The position numbers were made by a program, and so were the translations under genes. This document shows positions 27,515 to 40,230 of a DNA stretch of 64,000 nucleotides, piece after piece. Every line of letters begins with the position of its first letter. Position 1 is the stretch's first letter. The notes beneath the pieces were generated by a model that worked only from the letters and a program-made list of their open reading frames with translations, searched no databases and was not told the DNA's origin. The stretch is from an uncultured bacterium (GTDB taxonomy: Bacteria; Acidobacteriota; Thermoanaerobaculia; Multivoradales; JAHZIX01): the NCBI GenBank assembly GCA_965368975.1, contig CBDUPA010000002.1:128001-192000 (forward strand), given 5' to 3'.

Positions 27515-27605
27515 GACGACCTTGTCTCTGTCGATAAGTGAGCAGCGATGCTGCCCACATCATCACCGGTCGTGCAACTACCGGCCGAACAAGAAAGGAC
27601 CAACT

Positions 27606-28460
27606 ATGAGATTCGCTGACCTGTCGTTCCTGCTGGTATGCCTCGTGCTGACCGTTGCGTGCGGAGGTGGAGACACTCCCGACGCCGCGTCGACGACCCC
27701 CGCCGACTCGGGAACCGAAGCTGCTTCGACCGATGAAGCGCCAGAAAAGCTCTGCGTCGACATGGGGCCGCAGACGCCGCGTGACATTTCCAACCCGGCT
27801 GGCACCAACGCCGTCACCTTCCCCGTCGCGCCGGCCGCGACGGAGATGAACCTGTGCAACATCCACACACACACCAACGCTGAGCACAAGGGTCCTGGCT
27901 TCAGTGTCTTCGTCAACGACACCGATTCCGGTGGCTATGCCTGCAACGAGACGGCCGGCCTCACCGAAGCCGAGCTGGCCGAGGCGCCGGGCGCCTACCA
28001 AGGCGTGAAGCCGGGGGACACGATCGAGGTGCACTGGGTACACACGACCTGCGACGCCACTCCGGGTGAAGGCCTCGGCGCCTGCGTGCCCGAAGGCTGC
28101 ACCGATCCGCTGCTGCGCGTCGAGACCCAGGTCTTCCTGGTCGTCAACGACCCGAACGCGCTCGACTTCACCACCATGGCCTATGGCGGCAACGTGGTGA
28201 ACGGTCTGCACCAAGCCAAGATGATCCCCTCCGATACCGGCACTCCGGTCCAGTTCCTCGGCTCTACGACGGGGCCGAAGTTCAATCAGTCGGAGTGTTC
28301 GCCGGCGCAGGTGACCTGGAACGTGCGTCCGCAGTGCGCCAAGTTGGACATCGCGTCGCTGCACCGCTGGGCCGAGAGCGAGAACGTCTTCGAAGAGACC
28401 AAGTCCCACGGCGTGCGTCAGTTGGTGACTGCTCCGGAGCTGCTGTCGCCGATCCAGTGA
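27606..28460 (+). CDS. Delta-class carbonic anhydrase-like lipoprotein
   Basis: Lipobox LTVAC. Motifs GPQTPRDI, LCNIHTHTNAEHK, GDTIEVHWVHT, LRVETQVF, F.GSTTGP and CSP..VTW.V, as in the TWCA1-type family. AAGGA RBS. Confidence 0.82.
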   Translation: MRFADLSFLLVCLVLTVACGGGDTPDAASTTPADSGTEAASTDEAPEKLCVDMGPQTPRDISNPAGTNAVTFPVAPAATEMNLCNIHTHTNAEHKGPGFSVFVNDTDSGGYACNETAGLTEAELAEAPGAYQGVKPGDTIEVHWVHTTCDATPGEGLGACVPEGCTDPLLRVETQVFLVVNDPNALDFTTMAYGGNVVNGLHQAKMIPSDTGTPVQFLGSTTGPKFNQSECSPAQVTWNVRPQCAKLDIASLHRWAESENVFEETKSHGVRQLVTAPELLSPIQ

Positions 28461-28488
28461 CATCGACCTGATCCGCGCCTTGCTGCAC

Positions 28489-28518
28489 GGCCTCGCCTTC
28501 GGGCGGGGTCGTTGCTTT
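28489..28518 (+). terminator. Putative terminator hairpin between the convergent CA and hipA genes
   Basis: GGCCTCGCC-TTCG-GGCGGGGTC stem with a C(UUCG)G loop, followed by gttgcttt. Confidence 0.5.
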
Positions 28519-28536
28519 CGGGGAGGGGCCTCAGGT

Positions 28537-29763
28537 CTAGAGTCTAGACCGGTGCAGCACTTCCCCAAGCTCCTTCCGACTCCTCGCGCTCACTCCGGCC
28601 TCCCTGGACACATCGTCCCAGACAGCCACCGCCGAGGCGACGGCTTCGAAGATCGCCTCGGCCTCGTCTCGCGTCACGCCCGCCGGCCCCGCCAGCCGTA
28701 GCAAGTGCTCACGGCCCGGGGCGCGCCCTTCGTCGGCCACGGTCGTGCTGTGCTCCCCGCCGGGACCGTGGGAGAACACGAGATCGTAGGCTGGCGCCAG
28801 CCGCCACTCGCCGCTCTCCGTCATCAGGAAGGCGAAGTTCTTGACGTGATCGTCCCGATTGTGCGCCAGGACGTTGAAGGTCATGCGGCGATACACTTCC
28901 AACACGTCCTGGTGGTTGCGAGTCAGGACGCGGGTCACCTCCAGCAGCTGCCGGTAGTCACAGCTGGGCAGGCGGAAGTTGGCGTGGATCAGGTTGCCGA
29001 AGGTGTGGACGTGTACGCGCTGATTGCCGCGACGGTCGAAGCGCTCGACGCCGAAATAGCGACCTCCCTGCGCCGTTTCGAACAGGCGCGTCGCTGGCAT
29101 CTGGATACCAGCCTGACGCGCCAGCCGCGAGTAGGCCAGCTCGATCGGCCCGATGTCCGCCGGGTCTTGCTGTGAGCCGAACTTGACCATCCACGCGGCA
29201 TAGCCGGACGGCAATTCGCTCTCGCCGCTCAGGATCGAGTCCCCACGCAGTCCGATCAACACCTTGGGCCGCGCGCCACCGGGACTGCCACCGGCTCGTA
29301 GCAACTGCGGCAGCACGTCCGGAGCGCTGCCGTCGAGCACCTGTTCGGACGCGGTCGCCATCTCGTGCAGGTCGAGCAGCTGTGCATCGCGATCTGCGGG
29401 ATCGGACGGCGGATGATAGGTCAACGCGCCCATGGTGCGGGTGCCCAGAAAGGCCAGGCGATCGAGCACGGAGACCTCGGCGAGCACCGAGCCGCGCTGG
29501 CGCAGGAAGCGGTCCATCAGCAGCAGGCCCCAGGCGTCGGGTAGGGAGTCGTCGAACAGTCCGAAGATGGGGCCGAAGTCGACGTCCCGGTGCTCGACAA
29601 CTCCGGGCTGCGGTGGCAGCTTGAAGGGCGAGAGCCACAGGGGATCGCGCAGGAAAGCGGGATCGTATTCAAAGACGACGCGGCCTCGGCTCGGCAGCGC
29701 CAGCTGACCGATGACGCGCTCGACCCTAGATCGCCAGGTCAAGCGGACCTGCAGCTTCTTCAT
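28537..29763 (-). CDS. hipA: HipA-family toxin kinase
   Basis: HipA_N region (LSPFKLP, GLFDDSLPD.WG), P-loop GSPGGARPK, catalytic NRDDHVKNF and LAPAYD. Confidence 0.92.
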   Translation of the reverse strand: MKKLQVRLTWRSRVERVIGQLALPSRGRVVFEYDPAFLRDPLWLSPFKLPPQPGVVEHRDVDFGPIFGLFDDSLPDAWGLLLMDRFLRQRGSVLAEVSVLDRLAFLGTRTMGALTYHPPSDPADRDAQLLDLHEMATASEQVLDGSAPDVLPQLLRAGGSPGGARPKVLIGLRGDSILSGESELPSGYAAWMVKFGSQQDPADIGPIELAYSRLARQAGIQMPATRLFETAQGGRYFGVERFDRRGNQRVHVHTFGNLIHANFRLPSCDYRQLLEVTRVLTRNHQDVLEVYRRMTFNVLAHNRDDHVKNFAFLMTESGEWRLAPAYDLVFSHGPGGEHSTTVADEGRAPGREHLLRLAGPAGVTRDEAEAIFEAVASAVAVWDDVSREAGVSARSRKELGEVLHRSRL

Positions 29764-29773
29764 GGGGGCTTTT

Positions 29774-30079
29774 TCATAGGTGGCCACGCTGACGCTTCGG
29801 TTGCTCGTCACGCGCTTCCAGCTCAGCAATCGAGGACGCCGGAGGTGGCTCGAACAGGCGATCGAAGTCGTCGAGGCGGCCGAGGGCGAAAGCCAGCTTG
29901 AGCAGGTTCTGCAGCGACACCTTGCCGCTCTCCTCGAAGCGCCGCAGCGACCCCAGGCTGACGCCCGAGCGCTGCGCCAGCGTCACGCGACGCCACCCGC
30001 GCGACAGGCGTAGTCGTTTGAGGCGCTCGGCGAGCGTCGTGCTGATCTCTTCCGGGGTGTGTAGGGCGTAGGGTCGCAT
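29774..30079 (-). CDS. XRE-family HTH antitoxin (HipB-like)
   Basis: LAERLKRLRLSRGW...LAQRSGVSLGSLRRFEESG, immediately upstream of hipA. The upstream region is AT-rich. Confidence 0.88.
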   Translation of the reverse strand: MRPYALHTPEEISTTLAERLKRLRLSRGWRRVTLAQRSGVSLGSLRRFEESGKVSLQNLLKLAFALGRLDDFDRLFEPPPASSIAELEARDEQPKRQRGHL

Positions 30080-30212
30080 GACGGGTTGGTGTCTCCGGAT
30101 ACCGAACCCAGTGTATCGAAACCCCCACATAAACGCCAATATATGAGCTCTACATGCGATATAGATCGATAAACGTCTACATATTAACTGTTACAGCCTG
30201 ACTTCCATCGAG

Positions 30213-30944
30213 CTATAGCGTGATCCCCATCAGTCGACGCCAGTCGTCCAGCGACTTGATCTTCATGTAGGTGTTCTGCTTCAGCTCGTCGCCGATCGTC
30301 GATGTCGGTGACGGACCGTAGTTGTGGCCGGGATAGAGCACTGTATCCTCCGGCAACTTGGCCAGCTTGCCGGTGAGGGAGTGGTACATCGCCTCGGGAT
30401 CGCCACCGGGTAGATCGACCCTGCCGCAGCCCTGGACGAAGAGGGTGTCTCCGGCGACGAGACGGTTGTCGATCAGGAAGCATTGGCTGCCAGGGGTGTG
30501 GCCAGGCGTGTGGACGAAGCGGATCTGCAAGTCGCCGAGGTCCAGAGTGTCGCTGTCGTCGACCTTGCGCAAGTCGCTGTCCGAGACGCCGGTGACCTTC
30601 TTCAGTCCTTCGGCCTCGTGCTTGTTGACATAGAGGGGGACGCCCTTGCGTTCCAGCAGGGCTGCGGCGCCTTCGATCTTGAGACCGAAGAGGTCGCCGC
30701 CAACGTGGTCAGGGTGGTAGTGGGTGATCAGGGCGCCGGTGACTTCGTAGTCGTCGGTTTCGGCGAGGTCGAGCAGGCCGCCGACGTCCCAGGCAGGATC
30801 GACGACGACGGCTTGGCGTGTCTCGGGATCCCCGATCAGATACATGAAGTTGGCCATCTGGCCAGCCACCGGATGGCGCTGTGCGAGTTCGCGGCCGGAG
30901 AGCAGTTGACGGAAGTAGATGTCACGCTGGGTAGTGTCGCTCAT
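30213..30944 (-). CDS. Metallo-beta-lactamase-fold hydrolase (glyoxalase II-like)
   Basis: Motifs THYHPDHVGG, HTPGHTPGS, GDTLF..GCGR.D and YPGHNYG. Confidence 0.92.
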   Translation of the reverse strand: MSDTTQRDIYFRQLLSGRELAQRHPVAGQMANFMYLIGDPETRQAVVVDPAWDVGGLLDLAETDDYEVTGALITHYHPDHVGGDLFGLKIEGAAALLERKGVPLYVNKHEAEGLKKVTGVSDSDLRKVDDSDTLDLGDLQIRFVHTPGHTPGSQCFLIDNRLVAGDTLFVQGCGRVDLPGGDPEAMYHSLTGKLAKLPEDTVLYPGHNYGPSPTSTIGDELKQNTYMKIKSLDDWRRLMGITL

Positions 30945-30981
30945 GGCTCTATTGTGTGCCGTCACCCCCATCGGACGCCAG

Positions 30982-32594
30982 TTAGGAAGCTTGGGTGGTC
31001 CCCTGTGGCGCGACCTCTAGTCCTCTCGGCCGCAGGGTTCTCTCGAGCAGCGCCAGCAGGCCATCGACCGCCAGGGCGAGCAGGGCAGCGGGGAGAGCGC
31101 CCGCCAGGATGCGACGTTCGTCGACCAGCTGCAAGCCGGTGACGATCGGCTCGCCGAGGCCACCGGCACCGATGAAAGCGGCCAGCGTGGCGGTGCCGAC
31201 GGTGAGCACGGCGGCGGTGCGCACGCCAGCGAGGATGACGGGGGCTGCCAGAGGCAGGCGGACTTGCCGCAAGACCTGACCACCGGTCATGCCCAGGGCC
31301 GTGGCGGCCTCGACCGCACGCGGGTTGGCGTCACGAACGCCGGAGTAGGTGTTGCGCAGGATGGGAAAGAGAGAGTAGATCCACAGCGCCACGAGGGCAG
31401 GCAGAGTGCCGATGCCAAAGAGCGGAATCATGAAGGCGAGCAGGGCGATGGAGGGCACCGTCTGGGTGATGCCGACCGCGCGAATCACCGACTCCGCCCA
31501 GCCGCGTCGACGCTCCAGCCACAGACCGAGTGGGATGGCGAGCGCGGCGCCGAGGAGCAGGGCGGCGGCGCACAATCCCACGTGCTCGAGCGTGCGCTGA
31601 CCGAGGGCGGCGCGTTCTTGCCACAGGAAGCGCCAAAAGCCCGCTCGCCCGGTGGTACCCGAATTCGACGGCGCGGTATCGCTAGCCGTGTCGACCAGAC
31701 CCAGGTCGCGCAGGGCGTCGCGAGCGACGTTCGCTTCGCTGTCACCATCGACCTGCAAGCGCCGGTTGAGAGCGCGCAGGGTCTCTTCGTCCAGGGTATC
31801 GGCGAGCAGGGAGAGCACCACGGCGATTTCGGGGTGGCGTTGCAGTGCCGCGCCGGAGACGAGCGGCGCCGCCTGGTAGGGCGGGAAAAAGCCACGGTCA
31901 TCGTCGAGCACGACCAGGTCGTGCACCAGCAGGCGACCATCGGTGGTGTAGACGTCGAGCACGTCGATCTCACCATCGCCAGCAGCCTGGTATTTGAGAG
32001 CCTGCTGCATGCCGATGACGGAGGCGAAGCGCAGACCGTAGGTCTCGCGCAGGCCCGGCAGGCCGTCCGGACGCTCGTTGAACTCGTAGCCAAAGGCCGC
32101 TCTCAGCTCGGGCGCGATGGCCGCCAGATCCGAAATCGAGCGCAGGCCGTGCTCTTCGGCCAGGGCCCGCGGCACGGCAATCTCGTAGGCGTTCTCGAAG
32201 CCCAGAGGTGCCAACCACACGAGCTCGTAGCGGCGCAGGAACTCCCGCCGGACCGAACGTAGTGTTTCGACGGCACTGCCAGCCTTGCCGGGGGCGCCGG
32301 GCTCTTCACCGAGGATCGACACCCAACCAGTGCCGGTGTACTCGGGGTAGACGTCCGCGGCGCCGGTGCACACCGCTTCGAAGCACACCTGGGTGCCAGC
32401 AAGGCCCAAGCGTCGTTCGACGTCGAGGTCTGTGCGCGCTTCGATCAGCTGCGCGAACATCTCGCCCAACAGACGGTTTTCCGGAAAGTTCTTGGACGCC
32501 ACCACGACCGAGTTCCGTGCCGTTGCTGAGGCGGCTGCCGAGACGCACAGCCCGACCGTCAGGAACAGCAGCAACACGAGGCTCCGAACCTGCC

Positions 32595-32598
<4 letters not shown>
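30982..32598 (-). CDS. Osmoprotectant (glycine betaine-type) ABC transporter, fused substrate-binding and permease protein
   Basis: OpuAC-like SKNF.E, YPEYTGT, LGFENAY and FFPPY, then permease motifs QTVPSIALL and EAA.ALGMT. Confidence 0.9.
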
Positions 32599-33380
<782 letters not shown>

Positions 33381-33457
33381 GGCGTCAGTGTATCGCGGTC
33401 TACAATCGGCTCAGGTCGCGAAACCGTGTCCGCCTTCATCCACTGCAGGGAGGTTCT

Positions 33458-34699
33458 ATGAAAAGCCAGCGCATCACCTTTCTCGGCTCCCAGGGCGAGC
33501 AGCTCGCCGGACGCCTCGAGACGCCATCACACGGGAAGCCGCACGAGTTCGTGCTGTTCGCTCACTGCTTTACCTGCTCCAAGGATCTCAAAGCCGTGGG
33601 ACGCATCAGCAAGGCGCTGGTCGAACGAGGGCTCGGGGTACTGCGCTTCGATTTCACGGGCTTGGGGGAGAGCGAGGGGGACTTTGCAGACACCAACTTC
33701 TCGTCCAACGTCCAGGACCTGATCGCCGCGGCGGACTACTTGCGCGAGCACCACCGGGCACCGGCTTTGCTGGTAGGCCACAGTCTCGGTGGCGCCGCTG
33801 TCTTGGCGGCCGCGGCCGAGGTGCCGGAGGCAACGGCGGTGGCGACGATCGGGGCGCCGGCATCGACGCAGCACTTGCGGGCGAATGTGCTTGCCGGGGT
33901 GGAAGCAAAGATGCAGGAAGGCGTGGCCGAGATCCAGCTGGCGGGGCGACCCTTCCGCATCAAGAAGCAGCTGCTCGACGACCTCGACGAGGGCCATCTC
34001 GACGGGCGGCTGCGCGATCTGGGCAAGGCACTACTGATTCTGCACTCGCCGGTCGACGAAATTGTCGGCATCGACCAGGCCAAAGAGATCTACCAGGCCG
34101 CGCGTCATCCCAAGAGCTTCGTGTCGCTGGACGATTCCGACCATTTGTTGACACGCGAACGGGACGCACGCTATGCCGCGGACGTGCTCGCAGTATGGGC
34201 GGGACGCTATATCGACCTTGGAGAGGCGGAGCCGGGTGCGGTCGACCAGGAGCGCCCGGAGCTGGAGACGGGGCAGGTGCTCGTGATCGGCGGAGCGCAG
34301 GGTTACGCGAACGACGTCTACACGCCGCACCATCACCAGCACGCCGACGAGCCAGTATCCGTAGGAGGCGCGGACACCGGCCCGAATCCTTACGACTTCC
34401 TACTCAGCGCGCTTGGCGCCTGCACCTCCATGACCCTGCGTATGTATGCGGACCGTAAGCAGTGGCCACTGGAGGGTGTGCGCGTCAAGCTGCGCCACGG
34501 CAAGGTGCACGTCCGCGACTGTGAGGACTGCATGAGCGACGACGGCAAGATTGACGAGATTCACCTGGAGCTGGAGATCCTCGGCGATCGTCTGGATACG
34601 GCGCAGCGCGAGCGCATTGCCGAGATCGCCGGACGCTGCCCGGTTCACCGGACGCTGACCACCGAGACCAAGATCCGCACCCATGTGCTGTCGCCCTAG
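33458..34699 (+). CDS. Bifunctional alpha/beta hydrolase-OsmC family protein
   Basis: FAHCFTCSKD and GHSLGG nucleophile elbow. C-terminal OsmC motifs ADEP..VGG.DTGP, ALGACTSMT and CPVHRTL. Confidence 0.93.
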   Translation: MKSQRITFLGSQGEQLAGRLETPSHGKPHEFVLFAHCFTCSKDLKAVGRISKALVERGLGVLRFDFTGLGESEGDFADTNFSSNVQDLIAAADYLREHHRAPALLVGHSLGGAAVLAAAAEVPEATAVATIGAPASTQHLRANVLAGVEAKMQEGVAEIQLAGRPFRIKKQLLDDLDEGHLDGRLRDLGKALLILHSPVDEIVGIDQAKEIYQAARHPKSFVSLDDSDHLLTRERDARYAADVLAVWAGRYIDLGEAEPGAVDQERPELETGQVLVIGGAQGYANDVYTPHHHQHADEPVSVGGADTGPNPYDFLLSALGACTSMTLRMYADRKQWPLEGVRVKLRHGKVHVRDCEDCMSDDGKIDEIHLELEILGDRLDTAQRERIAEIAGRCPVHRTLTTETKIRTHVLSP

Positions 34700-35320
34700 C
34701 ACCGGTCGTTCGAAGGACACGAGCGATCCTCGGCACCCGTGGCGCAAATATGGCGTCCTCGCATGAAGACGCCTGCGCGGTCGACTGTCCACAAAAACGT
34801 CCACATTCTGTTCACGCGGCTCGCAGCGTAGCCACTGGAACCCGCTCGTGGCGGCCCAAGCCCAACCTGGCACAGTTCCTGCTTTAGACAAGACGCGAAG
34901 GATAGACGTCCGAGACAGACGCTACAGAGAACAGACACTGACAATCTCAGCTCCTCCTCAGGTACACCCTATGACGCCCACACCCAGCTCCACTCCTCAG
35001 CACCCGCAAGGGTGGCTTGGTCCTGGGTCGGCGGCGTTACTCGCCGGCGTGCAGCGGTTGCAACCTTGCGCGCCGGCTTTCGTATCGATTTCACAGCCTG
35101 CCTACGGCGGGCTCGAGACCAAATAGCACAGCTTCTTCCTCCCCCTTCTTCCTCCTCCTCACCCCTTCCTCCTGCCGGGGCAGAACGTTCTACGACGCTC
35201 TGTCCCGGCTCCTGCCTTCTAGGCGACTTCCGCGGGCAGCGAGTACCGACACGCGGTCTTTTACGCTATTCCCACCCAGGAGCGTGCCATGGGCGGTGGT
35301 TGCCCATATAATCCCTTCCT

Positions 35321-36655
35321 GTGAACTCGCACGACGGGGAACCTCGAATCCTGCCCCGCGCCGAACATTCGATCTCTCGGCGCAATATCGCCAAGAACGC
35401 CGTCAAGGTGCTGTACCGGCTACACAATGCCGGCTACAAGGCGTGTCTCGTGGGCGGAAGTGTGCGCGACCTGATGCTGGGCCGGACGCCGAAGGACTTC
35501 GATGCCGGCACGGATGCCAAACCGGCACAGATCAAGAAGCTGTTCCGCAATTCGCGCATCATTGGCAGACGCTTCCGGCTCGTTCACGTCTTCTTCCAGG
35601 GCGAGATCATCGAGGTCTCGACTTTCCGCAGCCCACCGCAGCCGGAGGAACAAGATAGCGCGCCCGACGACTTGCTGATCACCAGCGACAACACTTTCGG
35701 CACCCCCGAACAGGACGCCTTCCGCCGCGACTTCACGATCAACGCGCTGTTCTACAACATCGGCGACTTCTCGGTGATCGACTACGTGGGAGGCATCGAA
35801 GACCTGGAACGGCGGCTAGTCCGCTGCATCGGCGATCCCAACGTGCGCTTCCGCGAGGATCCGGTGCGCATGATGCGTGCCTGTGAGTTCGCGGCACGCC
35901 TGGGCTTCGGCATCGAAGACCGGACGCAAGAGGCCATTCTCAGCCACCGCGAGGAACTGCACAAGGCGTCGTCGGCGCGCCTGACGGAAGAACTCTTGCA
36001 GCTGCTGCGCTGTGGTCACGCGGGCGCGGCGGTGCAATGGATGCTCGACCTCGGCATGGCGGAGATTCTGCTGCCCGAGGTTCACGACATGCTCGGCGCC
36101 CGCCAGCGCGGCCTGGGCGATTTCGCGCGCATCCTGCCGGTGATCGACCGCCTGGCGCTCGCCGGCAAAGACCTGGACGACAGCGTCTTGCTCGGGGCCT
36201 TGCTGGTAGCACGCGTACTGACGGAGCGCGACGAGCGCGAGCAGACGCGAGGCGGGCCGCTGCGGCGGCAAGAAGTCGATGAGCTGACCAAGGAGACGCT
36301 GCAGCCCTTCTTCGATCGCTACCGGCTCTCCAACGCCAAGTGCCACGTGACGGTGCGCGCCCTGACGCTCTTCCAGCGCCTGTGCGAGCCGGGAATGAAG
36401 CCTGGCCTGCAACGACGCCTGACGCAGCGCGCCGGCTTCCAAGATGCCATGCGCTTGTTCGACATCCTGGTGGACGCCAGCGGCGAAGGTCAGGAAGTGC
36501 GAGACCACTGGCAGCGCCTCGCGGCCGAGGTCAAGAGCGCTCCAGGTGGCGGTGCGGAAGAGACAGACGAGAGCAGCAAGCCCAAGCGGCGACGGCGACG
36601 ACGGCGTCGGGGAGGCAAGAAGAGAGGTGGCCCATCGCGGCCAGCGCAGGAGTGA
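35321..36655 (+). CDS. pcnB: Poly(A) polymerase I
   Basis: VGGSVRD, PKDFD, the PAP-specific signature IIGRRFRLVHV, RRDFTINAL, EDPVRMMRA and an Arg-rich C-terminus. Confidence 0.92.
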   Translation: MNSHDGEPRILPRAEHSISRRNIAKNAVKVLYRLHNAGYKACLVGGSVRDLMLGRTPKDFDAGTDAKPAQIKKLFRNSRIIGRRFRLVHVFFQGEIIEVSTFRSPPQPEEQDSAPDDLLITSDNTFGTPEQDAFRRDFTINALFYNIGDFSVIDYVGGIEDLERRLVRCIGDPNVRFREDPVRMMRACEFAARLGFGIEDRTQEAILSHREELHKASSARLTEELLQLLRCGHAGAAVQWMLDLGMAEILLPEVHDMLGARQRGLGDFARILPVIDRLALAGKDLDDSVLLGALLVARVLTERDEREQTRGGPLRRQEVDELTKETLQPFFDRYRLSNAKCHVTVRALTLFQRLCEPGMKPGLQRRLTQRAGFQDAMRLFDILVDASGEGQEVRDHWQRLAAEVKSAPGGGAEETDESSKPKRRRRRRRRGGKKRGGPSRPAQE

Positions 36656-36800
36656 CGTATCATCGAACTGCACGCTTCGTGACCAGGCGCTGACGCCACC
36701 GCCGGTATCCGCGACGAGGCACGAAGACGCACCGTCTACCCAACGACTACACATCTCCATCAGACGGCCGTCGGCCGCACCCTGACGAGAAAGGCAAGCT

Positions 36801-37487
36801 ATGGCCTGGTTCATAGACGCATATCGATCACCGGTAGCCAAGAAGGCCGTGATGGCTGTCACGGGCCTCATGCTCTTTGGCTTCGTGCTCGGCCACATGG
36901 TCGGTAACCTGAAGCTCTATCTGGGCGAAGCGGCGCTCAACCACTATGCCGAGTGGCTGCGTACCCTCGGTGAGCCGATGATTCCGCACGGCCAGGCGCT
37001 GTGGATCGCCCGCATTGGACTGCTGGCAGCGGTCGTGCTGCACATCTGGTCAGCCTGGCAGGTGAGCGTGCTGAGCCGCAAGGCGCGGCCGCGGCGCTAC
37101 GTCAAGCAGCATTACGTGCAGGCCACCTACGCCTCGCGCACCATGCGCTGGGGCGGTGTCATCGTGCTGGCCTTCATCATCTACCACTTGCTGCACTTGA
37201 CCTTCGGCTCCGTGCATCCCGAGTTCGAGCCCGGTGAGGTCTACCGCAACGTGGTGATCGGCTTCCAGAGCATCTGGGTATCACTGTTCTACATCGTGGC
37301 CAACATCTTCCTGGCGCTGCACCTCTACCATGGCCTGTGGAGCCTGTTCCAGAGCCTCGGCTGGAACCACCCGAGTATCAAGAATCTTCGGCGTCCGATC
37401 GCGGCGGTCTTCGCACTCGTGGTCGCTGCCGGCAACATCTCCTTCCCGCTAGCCGTGCTCTTTGGCGTGGTCACGCTACCCGCCTGA
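36801..37487 (+). CDS. sdhC: Succinate dehydrogenase cytochrome b558 subunit
   Basis: [15 protein letters not shown], five TM helices with heme-ligand His residues, and HLYHG.WS.FQSLG. Confidence 0.92.
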   Translation: MAWFIDAYRSPVAKKAVMAVTGLMLFGFVLGHMVGNLKLYLGEAALNHYAEWLRTLGEPMIPHGQALWIARIGLLAAVVLHIWSAWQVSVLSRKARPRRYVKQHYVQATYASRTMRWGGVIVLAFIIYHLLHLTFGSVHPEFEPGEVYRNVVIGFQSIWVSLFYIVANIFLALHLYHGLWSLFQSLGWNHPSIKNLRRPIAAVFALVVAAGNISFPLAVLFGVVTLPA

Positions 37488-37513
37488 AGCCGAGACGAAC
37501 CGAAAGGACAACG

Positions 37514-39429
<1,916 letters not shown>

Positions 39430-39430
<1 letters not shown>

Positions 39431-40182
39431 TGAAGGTTACCCTCCATGTCTGGCGCCAGAACGGTCCTGAAGCCGAGGGCCGGATGGAAACCTACACCGT
39501 CGACGGGGTCAACGACGACATGTCGTTCCTGGAAGTCTTGGACACGCTCAACGAGCAGCTGACGCTCGAGGGCAAGGAGCCCGTCGCGTTCGATCACGAC
39601 TGCCGCGAGGGCATCTGCGGTGCCTGCGGCATGGTGATCAACGGCCAGGCTCACGGTCCTCTGGACAGCACCACGACCTGCCAGCTGCACATGCGTCACT
39701 TCAAGGGCGAGACCGAGTTCTACCTCGAACCCTGGCGCGCTCGCGCCTTCCCAGTGGTGCGCGACCTGGTCGTCGATCGCATGGCCTTCGACCGCATCAT
39801 CCAGTCGGGTGGCTACATCTCGGTCAACAGCGGCAGTGCACCGGAGGCCAACCTGACGCCCGTCGAGAAGGACGTCGCCGACCGCGCTTTCGACGCCGCC
39901 ACCTGCATCGGCTGCGGCGCCTGCGTGGCGCAGTGCCCGAACGGCGCGGCACAGCTCTTCACCGCCGCCAAGGTGTCGCACTTGAGCCTGCTGCCGCAAG
40001 GACAGCCGGAACGCTGGCACCGCGTCGAGGCGATGGTGGCACAGATGGAAGACGAAGCCTTCGGTAGCTGCACCAACTTCGCCGAGTGCGAGGCAGTGTG
40101 CCCGAAGGGCATCAGCATCGACTTCATCGCCCGCCTGAACGCGGACTTCCTGAAGGCCAAGGCGCGCAACGCCCAGAGCTGA
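39430..40182 (+). CDS. sdhB: Succinate dehydrogenase/fumarate reductase iron-sulfur subunit
   Basis: [20 protein letters not shown] and [12 protein letters not shown]. It is coupled to sdhA by a TAATG overlap. Confidence 0.96.
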
Positions 40183-40230
40183 CGTTCAGGTAAGCTGAGA
40201 CTTGGCGATCGGAGCAGCTCTGAGGGGTAC

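Noticed and set aside
28534-28550. GGTCTAGA-G-TCTAGACC palindrome at the hipA stop as a mobile-element end
   Set aside because: It is short, no matching partner was found at the other side of hipBA, and no transposase is present.
34785-34816. Replication origin
   Set aside because: There are only three degenerate boxes, no AT-rich unwinding element, and no dnaA/dnaN/gyrB context.
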